From contig JBHGNT010000006.1 of the NCBI GenBank assembly GCA_043228905.1, positions 1,426,001 through 1,490,000 of the forward strand: 64,000 bases of DNA, read 5' to 3'. The notes under the pieces are model-generated. The model did no database searches. It was not told where the DNA came from and saw only the letters and a list, made by a program, of their open reading frames with translations. Of the stretch, positions 54,519 to 64,000 are shown in pieces. This stretch comes from Azolla caroliniana (lineage: Eukaryota; Plantae; Polypodiophyta). Position 1 is the stretch's first letter. Each line of letters starts with the position of its first letter. The position numbers were made by a program, and so were the translations under genes.

Positions 54519-56689
54519 GGTTGAGTTGCAAAATAACTACTCATTTGGAGTTCTGTGCACTCTAAGAATACATGTAGGGATAAACTTGTAACTTGTAATT
54601 TTAATTATGTATAGTATTTTTATTAAGGTAGTTTGGTGTAATGGTAGATAGTTGAGATTGATAAACTATTGGATGAGGCTTGAACTTTGCCAAATGCAAA
54701 TTAAAGGTATATAAGCATTTTGGGAAAGTCATTGTCAAGAGTTTCATTTAAACTTTGGAAACCGATATTTCAATGCAATGAGCGTTGCTTGGATATACCT
54801 CCAAACTGTGACTACTTGGATTATAAAAGTTTTGCATAATATGTCTATGCCAATATGTAATTTACATACACTTTTATAATCAACATAGCAACAACCATAG
54901 CAATCCTATGATAAAAAGTATCAACCATAGCAAATTATAATGTGGGAACTCTAAATGAATTTAAGAGAATAGATCATGCCAATAAAAAAGAGGTGCACCT
55001 GTTGTCTACTCAGACAAGAACTATTAGTCTGTCAAAGCCTGGCAACAAAAACAAAGCTGCCAAAGAAGAAACGATGCAGAAGTTCTATCTATTATCGTGA
55101 TTCGTACAACATTGCTTTGAAGAGTGGAATGAGCCATTTCAACGGATGGATGGGTGGATGGATGGATAGGTAGATGGGCAAAATGTCTGAAGCCCAATCC
55201 TCCATTTTTGGGTAGGAAATGATGAATAGTTTTTGAGGCATGTTTCAAAACCAAGCTCTAAACCCTAACCCTAAACCGTTCTTTAGGATGGTGGTGGTGA
55301 GGTGGACATGTCTAAGGTATGGGGGGTGGGAATGGAGTGTTTATTCCTTGGGAATTCCGATTCTCAGAATTTATCTAATGAGCATGTGCTCATTTTAAAT
55401 GGGGGGATGTTTGTTGCTTTTGAGCTATGAGATTATGGTACCCTTGGGACTTTCTTAATCTCTTCTCTAGGATAAGTTAAATATCTCTTTTATCATGTTC
55501 CTTACCTAATTAACCTCCACCTCTCATGTTGCATTTGGTATCAAGGTGGATTAACTATCTTTGGAACTTTGTTTGTTTACGCTTTTGTCCGCATGTCGTC
55601 CTAGTTCCGTGTTCTTGTTGTTTTATTTAAACTTAATGCAATATGTTGGGCTTGATGAAATTAACATATATCCCAACCTCAGAAGGACGTATAATAGACA
55701 CTAGATTGATGTTGACATTTTTCTTCTTTTCCAAGCACTTGGAAACTATGTGAACACACCCATATCATTCCTAGTGTGAACTACGAAAGGTGGTTTTTTG
55801 TCCTTGGTTAGTAGCAATGGTGGGTGTGCTTGTCAAGGAAGTGCTCACTTGTTCATAAAACCTTTTGTTGGTATAAATTTAATTGCCTTTTTTTTCTTGG
55901 GCGTTCACATAACATATGGGTACCCCTAATGCTTAAAACACTTCATTTTAGTTTTCTTCCAAGGTCCTCTCTCTTGCCTTGAGGTGCATTGATCATGGCA
56001 TAATACATCATACACAAAGACACATGCATTGTCTTCATCTACATAGTGGCAAAAGACCTCATCCTCTGTCCCTACATTAGCCTCATCTAAATAGTAGGAT
56101 AGAAGGCCTCCCCCATTTTGAATTTGAGACTCTTGTTCGACTCTTCTTCATTGTCATCTTTTAGGTTCCGAGTTGTCGTTTCTATGCCTAGTGAGGGTTG
56201 AAGCAGCATAATGGCAAAGAGTGTCTATCTAAAGCCAGTGGTGGGGATCTTTAATGTTCCCCTACTAGAACTTGGCCAAATATCCATGTTGAGGATTTTC
56301 AACAATTATTGGGTGATGCCTAATAAAATCCTTTGCAAAGTGGGTAGCAAATATTTTGCACACATAGTATCCTGTACGTTTCTCAATCCTTCTTGCTTGC
56401 ACATCCACCAAGGTTTGGAAGTTGTATTTGGTAGTACTATTGTGAAGACAAAGGGAATTATCTTTCATGCTCACGGTCCCGTTGCAACCTTGGATGAAGG
56501 ATCTATACTTTCCACTATTAGGAAGTCATGGAATGTGTGATCTCAGAGCCCTCCTTTGAACCTATTCATAAGTTTAATATCTGACAATCTATATATTGGT
56601 TCATTCACACTAGTAATGTAAATCATTTGCCAAAAGGATGTCATCCATGATTTTTTTCGGTTCTTGTTTTGAGAAGAAAAGTTAATTAT

Positions 56690-57150
56690 CCGTTGTTTGG
56701 AAGACGATACGGTCTGGTCTACGATATCTTCTCTAGTAGTTTGGGTATTGTGGAAGGCTAGATGTAAATGTGTATTTCAGAAAATTAAACAGAATGCAGT
56801 TGAGTTAGTCAAAGAGGTATGGTTAATGCTATTACACACTTTAAATGCAATAGTTGGTGAGCCTGAGGTTGTGATTCGTAAACAACAACAGTTTCACGAA
56901 ATTTGGAAAAATGTTGAGGTCTTCACCTCTTTTGGAGAAAGAATAAAGTGGAGATATGTTCCACCAAGATGCCTTTTTCCACCCCCCCCCCCCCCCCCCC
57001 CCCCCTGTCTTGGAACAACCCTACATGAGGGCTTTTGATACTTGACATGTTGGTTGATGTGGATATGAGGGTTGTAATATATTGTATGAATTCGTTGTAG
57101 CCTTTCGACATCTTTCCATTAATACCAAGGTGAACCTTCTTTGAAAAAAA
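56690..57150 (+). mobile_element. 5'-truncated L1-type LINE 3' end
   Basis: WSTISSLVVWVLWKARCKCVFQ...EVWLML; poly-C tract; A-tail at ~57143; same family as 58600-59920. Confidence 0.7.
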
Positions 57151-58599
57151 GAGAGAGTTAATTATCTGGGTTCCGTTGGTCCTTATCTATTATTTCTAAG
57201 TTGAGCATGTATGAACAAAACAAATTACAATATAACATCCTCCACTTTAAGAGGAAGCTGTTTAACCCATTGAGAATGTTTTGACAATATTTATTTTTAC
57301 TTGCCTTCTTATGAATGTATTTAGATTCTTTAACCAATCTAAATCTAGTGACTTGACCAGTTTCTCCCTTTGATCTAGCCATGTCATGGCAATGTTCTTA
57401 GAAATGCATGGGCAATTAAATGTATGGCAAGTACTTAACAATTATTCATATCTTTCTAAAAAAAACCTATGACATGAAAATTTATTGAGCAAAACAAAGT
57501 TAACGCAAAATCTCTCAAATAACAAACATAAGACAAGCTTTAACAATGTTTTTTTCCTTTTTTTCTTCAAAAAATAACGTCTTCCATTAGTTATAAAATT
57601 TTATAGATGAGAATGTTACATACAAATCCCAGTAGGGACGCGATAGTTCCATATTATGTGGAGGCCCACTGACTCAAGAAAGGGAGAGGACGACCATTGT
57701 TGGAGGAAAGCTAATCATTTAGGGTTTGAGGTTTAACAATGTATTCTTTATTAATAAGAACTATTCAAAGAAATAACTCTACTAAAACCAAATTGGCAAT
57801 CATATTCTGAATGATATCGTAATGGTAAAGATATATGTTGCAAAACAATAACCTTTAGAGGATAAGTGAATGAAATCATTGGTTAATCTGGCTAAAAGAA
57901 AGGTCGAATGGTGGAAATCACTAGAACACAAAAAATATCTAATAGCTAAGGCCAAGCAATATAACTAATATATGGTGGTGGGGAAGATCCGGTATAATTG
58001 ACACTTCCATTTAAGAGCAATCAATCATGTTGTTTTCCTAGTGAATAGGGGCTTGCCATAAACCAATCTTGGTTTTGAAAATGTTTAACTTTTTTTATTT
58101 TAATAAAACTCTATGTTCGGGATCTGAACACAAACCAACCCACCTCCCTTGAAACAAGAGATTTTATTGCCCCATCAAAAAGAAATATATGTAGAGAGAG
58201 GGGAACACACACACACACATTAAATATAACTAAAGCTTAGTTACCAATAGATGATTGCTTGAATACAACATCATTATGGGTTACCCAAATGGTTCATGGC
58301 GCCAAATTGTGATCTCTTCATAACAAATTTTTCTTTCCTAGCAAAGCAATTAAAACTTTTTAGGGATGTTCTAGAAGTTGTTGTCACCTTTGATGTTGGA
58401 GGAATAGTCATTTAAAATTAATTAAACCTAATTATCTGAAGGATTTATCACAACTATAAGGCTCCAATAAGCAACCAAATTGGGAATATCTATATTGTGA
58501 ATATTAAGGACTCCTTGCCCCCCTTGGAGTTTGTGAGCAATATGGATATTCCATATTGAAACATTGAGAGTTTGGATTTTTCAAAGTTAACTTCTCACA

Positions 58600-59920
58600 T
58601 ATGCTCGGAATATCTTTTATTCAAATGTTGGAGCATTTTTAACAACATAGGAAGTGAAACAAATATGAAAATAAGAATGTGATTTTTGGGGAGAGTCAAA
58701 GTAGGGGCTCTTGGCAGCCAATCCGCGTGGTGGCGTAGATTGGTAACATCTGGAAGACAGACCCGGATGTTGTTAAGGTGGAACCCCATTGGAAGTTATG
58801 GGTATATGGTTGTCGTCCCCTCGTCGAACTAGAATGGGACCCATGGGATTGTAGGTGGAAACATGATGGCAAATTTCGTCATTTCTTCAAGTACAACATT
58901 AAATTGGGCCGGACTTTTCAACTACACCTAGACGGCCCCTTGCGCAATGGCTGGCATACATTGGGCATCCCTGATGAGGTGCTCATTACCTTTTGGAAGG
59001 GTCTATGGTGTCTCCACATGCCGGAAAAGATAAAGTTTTTTTGGTGGCAAATCGGTCATAATGTGGTTCTCGTTGGCGAATGGCTAGATAAACGTGGCGG
59101 CCCGTTAGGCTACCCACTTTGCCATTCACCTATTGAGACTCTGAGGCATTGTCTGTGGGATTGCCCTCAAGCTCAAAAGGTATGGAATAGAGTGACTCGC
59201 CTCCTTGCGGCATGTGAAGTGGAAGGAACAACATCGTGGAGTGCTGCGACATGGCTTGATCACTCCGTTGATAGGTGGACGGACGACTTCAATGCGAATA
59301 GTTGGTGCTATGTATGCATGAGAGGCAAAATCGGCAAGATTCAATTTGAGAGAGGCTTGCAGTCCACATCCCCTAGGTTCCTAGACATTTGGATGCTGAT
59401 CGCAGGCTTCACCTTGTGGTATGTATGGAAAGCGCGTTACCTAAAGGTCTTTCAGGATCTGGTGCGGCCCTCGGAGAAAGTAATCATGGACATATGGTTT
59501 GCGCTTATCAGCTGCCTATGAGGGCAATTGGACGAGGTTTGCAGCCATTCCAATGACGTGGTTACTGCCCATTTGCGCTTTTGGCAGAAATGGCGGAACA
59601 CGTCTATGGTAACAAAAGGAGGAAGTGGCCTGAGGTGGAACTACCACCCCTCACGCTAGTTGTTTCCGTCTCACTTACCACCCTCCCTTCATTGTCGGCC
59701 CCAGGAGTTGTCTCGTACTAGCCATCACTTAAGGGCACCGTTTTTAGCTATAGGTACTTACATTAAGTATTCAGTCCGAAAGGCGATGTAACTAGTCTCA
59801 TTTTCTTATACTTGTTCGGAGGGAGATTCCCCGATCTATGTATAAGCATCCTTGTACAGTCTCTTTGTAATAATCATTCCTAACTAATGGGAAAGTAGCT
59901 TCATTTTGGGAAAAAAAGAA
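58600..59920 (+). mobile_element. 5'-truncated L1-type LINE 3' end with zf-RVT
   Basis: FWKGLWCLHMPEKIKFFWW..HN...PLC..PIETLRHCLWDCPQAQKVW, LWYVWKARY..VF; A-rich tail at ~59911. Confidence 0.85.
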
Positions 59921-62900
59921 GAACAATGTGATTTAGGTTGTTTTCGATGTCAATTAGGTTATCATTATAAAGTGTTTTGTAAAATCGAAAAATATTATCA
60001 TAATGTATCATGTTAACACATTGACTTTCATAATCCAATGTTATATAAGTGTTGCTCAATGTAATATTCGAATTAATCTAGTGTTTACTTTGTCTGAGTT
60101 GTCCATTTAAGACCATGATCTTATCTTGTGGAATTAACAAAAAGGTTGTTGATTGATGTGTACACATTCATTGAGATACATGCCCTTTTATTGTGGTTAG
60201 ACATAATCTTCGGGAAGGAGATAAGCACCAGCTATGGTAGTCTCCATTAACTTGATTCTTTAAGAAACTATCTAAATTTTCAAAGGTCACATTAGTTGTA
60301 GATTAACGTTTGTGGATCATGGTAATCTAATAAAACACACAATAGGACATATGGCATACATCTTCACTAGAACTAGAACTCAAAACCTCTTGTAATGGTC
60401 AAGTATCTGAACCACTTTTTGTAACCTTCTAACCTTTCATTAAGTTTTAGCTTTTTGAGCATACTCCTTAGTTTTTCTATTTCCGTGGGGGATGCTCCGA
60501 AGAATAATGCTCAAGAAGCAGGATACCAACTATTAACCATCTTTATCATTTTGTTTGAACTGATTTTGATACTACTTCTAATCGCTCCGGTATGAGCTAT
60601 TACCATGATCTTCTGCTTCTTTAGAATTTTATCCAGAACATTGTGATATAGGATGTGTTGGATGACATAGCTAATCAAGATGCAAAAACTATGAAATCAA
60701 GAATTTTCAATGAACATCAATACATGCATATAATTATGCCTAAACAGAACCCTGCCTTCTTCATTCCTTTATTTTACATACATCATTATACATATACATA
60801 TACACTGAATATTGCAAACTATTGGAATTTACATAAGGAAGACTTCATTATATATATTCATTATGCCAAGTTTCCATCATAACATCAAATCACACAACCA
60901 TAGGAATTACAAAACTATAAATTATAAAACCTAATTTATGAATTAGCTTTTAGGATTCCTCATTGTGTGATAATATTCTAATTATTTAAATTAATACTAA
61001 ATGGTTTGCCTCCTCAAGGTTTCCATTTTTAAGTGTACCTCATTTGTATACTTTAATTTTGGTAAGACTTTGTTTACATCCCTTCAACTCTCATAATGAT
61101 TGTCCATTGACTAGAGTCATTTCTTCTGGTCTCTTATCATCTTGTTTGTTTTTGAGACTTTATGAATGTCTGTGAACCCTAGCAAATGTATTTAATGTCA
61201 TTTCTACTAGCCCTCTAGTTGTCTAGGTAGCGATCACATGAAAAAAATTAAGTAGGTATATACTATATATAATGAAGTTTTCTTAGTACTATAGTTATTG
61301 ACATATTTGTAGTCCTATACGACATATGAAAGCAAAATTCAATGAAAAACAAACATATACTTAATTCGCAAACCCAAGATTGAAAACTTTGATTGTGGAA
61401 CTTTAGCTATATAAATTGTCATCCCTTGATTGTCTCATATATGAGATTGAAATATTTAGTGTACTAGATGTTGCAATATTGTGGACCGACCTCATTGCTT
61501 GCAACATCTTATCACATGAATGTATTATGATCATCTTATTGCATGAATGTTATCATGATTCAATTTAAGTCATAATTGAATCATGATAACATGTTGTAGT
61601 ACAATCATCCAAACTTCATATTTGAGTTATTAGTTTTTTAAGAGATCCATTATAAATCAAAGTTGCATGATGAATATTTTGGAATATCTCCATTGTCATT
61701 TTCAGTCTTAACTTCCTTACTTTGATTAAAATTCCAAAACAAAACTTTCCTTCATGTTTACTTTTCTCGAAATTTGGATGCAATGCCATTTCTGAGAAAC
61801 TTCATGGGGAGGACATAGCCAACATAATATGCAATACACAACGAGAAGACCCTATTGATTTGAACTATTTACATCCTTTTTTATTAGAGTATGTTCAATT
61901 GGTTAATCTCCCCTCTCCAACCTATGATCACTAGTGATATTCTACAAAATCTTTAAATTCTCATAAATACGAAAAGTACGACTAAGATATTATATACTAC
62001 ACTTTTTCTACAACAAAGATTGCACACACATTAGTGGGGGAGCCGTGGGTGAAACACTACAAAGAATTAATATTTATAACATGTTAGCATTCAAAATATT
62101 GTTAGTAATTGGGCAATGGCAAACATCGTGCGAGACATAGCAAACTTAAAGGACTTGTAGAAAGTAAGACCTAAATAATTGATATTGTTCAAAAGCCCAA
62201 TGCTTGAAATTCTATTGGTTGTAGTGATTGAAACATAGACATACCCACATAGGCAAATAAATTACATACTAATGGAAAGAAAATCTTCCCTTAAAACTAT
62301 ATTTGCAACAATCTTCCTTTATGGTACACCTTCAAACATTAATAATTTATTGTGATAGGAACGCCAACATAACCCATGTTAGACTTGAGTTCATTGAGGT
62401 TATGGGCAATAAGAGATTATCTTATGCACATATTGTCTCTACACGTAATTGTAAGTGATTATTGATGTAGTGATGGATACCAAACATTAACAAATTGACG
62501 GTATATGATGGATGTTGAAGTACTCATGATTGAGGAGTTAGTACTATCTTGACCTAGAAAGGAAATGCCATCCATATGAGAGAATTTGAGTTAGCAAGTT
62601 CCTATATTGTATCAACTAGAAGTATGTCATTAATGATTAAAGTTAACATTCTAATAAACCGTAAAGACTAGGGACACTTCTATACATACATGTGAAATAT
62701 GATTTGTTCTTGTAAGAATGATACATATATGTATATAAATAAACAAAAGCTAACTAACTTTCATTTTTGTCTAGTTAAGGAAATCGAACTCCATGTTATT
62801 CCCTAGTTCGAGATACATGACAAAACTAGGCATATGCTTGGAGAAAACTAATGATAAATGCTCTTGAAAGCTATATAGGAAAAGGTTTCGTTCTTTGCGC

Positions 62901-63299
62901 TCTTGCGCCCAATTTGTTACCTTTAATATTATGTCAAATTTATTCTTTGATCTTGTGGCCTTACAAATTTATCACTTTACAAGTTTAGAGGTACAATACT
63001 TGTACTTTTCATTTCCCATGTGCATTTTAATAATGTTAATGGGACAATTTCGTGTGCATGGTGGTTACAATTTGGACTAGATATGTGAGTCCATCACTAT
63101 TCCAATGTTTACAATGTTTCATGTCTACTAATCATGTCAGAGTACTTTGAGCCAAAAGTTTAAGAAGCAACATATAAATATTATTACTACTTGTCCATTG
63201 ATATTAATGTCTCTCAATGATGTCAACGATTCTAAAGCTCTTAGTGGCCAGTATTGAATTCTTGGGTATATTGTTTTGTGAATGAATTCATAGAAGTTG

Positions 63300-63580
63300 G
63301 AATGTGACTAATTTCCTTCCCTCTAATATCTTTCTTATTTATGCATCATATGATTTAATAAGAATCTACAGTAAACGTGAAATGTGACTAATTTCGTTCC
63401 CTCCAATATGTCAATGTTTATTCATTCATGCTATAACCCATACATTAGGGTTGGTCTATGACTACTTTCATTACCTCTAATATCTCCCTTTTTATGTGTA
63501 ATGGGATTTAACTAGATACACTAATGTTGGAGTTTGACTAGTTTCGTTCCATATAATATCTCCCTTTTTATGCATTTTAT
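63300..63580. repeat. Degenerate short direct repeats (tgactaatttc.ttccctctaatatc, ~4 copies)
   Basis: Motif recurs at ~63303, 63383, 63459 and 63535. Confidence 0.55.
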
Positions 63581-64000
63581 GATTACCCTACTCTACATAG
63601 AAGGGTAGTATAATTGCATAGCTAGAAGATATAGTACCTTAGTTCATTTGCATGCTATATACACATTATTCAAACATCATGAGTAGTGAGTATTAAAAGG
63701 TCACACTCAAGGACAAGGTCTATCCCCTAGGTTATAAGTGATAGATAATCATAATTAGGTATAACTGGCTGCCCTTGAAATAAAAGAGTTCAAAATTTTG
63801 AATTACATAAATGATAGTGGCACCAATGTAAACCTATCCAAAGTTTGGATTGAAGTAAGGTCTCGAAAGCAAAATGGAAACTCGATCTAGTTTTCCATAT
63901 TAACCACGCGTGACATTAAGCATCATTATTACCCTATTCATTGTAAGTCTTGTCTTCTAGAAGCAAACATGGAACACTATGATTGTGAATTCAAGATGTG

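Noticed and set aside
55259-55277. Telomere-like aaaccctaaccctaaacc
   Set aside because: Only 2-3 units, not next to an identified gene; common in plant repeats.
59920-64000. Possible degenerate TE coding remnants
   Set aside because: No recognisable domain and only short chance ORFs.

Overview
AT-rich, repeat-laden nuclear DNA from a land plant. A fern is the most likely source; this is inferred from the fern-type PLS-PPR/DYW sequence style. Five protein-coding genes can be rebuilt exon by exon: a CYP78A-type P450 (+), VIPP1/IM30 (+, 11 exons, two GC-AG introns), a conserved plastid-type membrane protein of unknown function (-, 9 exons), a C-terminal J-domain (DnaJ) gene (+) with a ~14.6 kb first intron, and a PLS-E-DYW PPR gene (+) nested inside that intron. 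The DnaJ intron is the most interesting region. The nested PPR carries an intron-split N-terminal OSB-type 'PDF' ssDNA-binding-like motif that the ORF track misses. Its DYW domain reads HSD instead of the catalytic HxE and lacks the terminal YW. It has an in-frame acceptor that could borrow the DnaJ targeting exon, and an inverted, internally deleted pseudocopy lies in the same intron, so the pre-mRNA could form a long hairpin. The rest is TE debris: nested solo LTRs with TSDs, a non-autonomous hAT carrying captured CCT2 chaperonin exons, Copia/Gypsy/LINE/RTE remnants, a tRNA-like SINE inside a (GA)n tract, and PPR relics. All gene models were built by eye and have no expression support.
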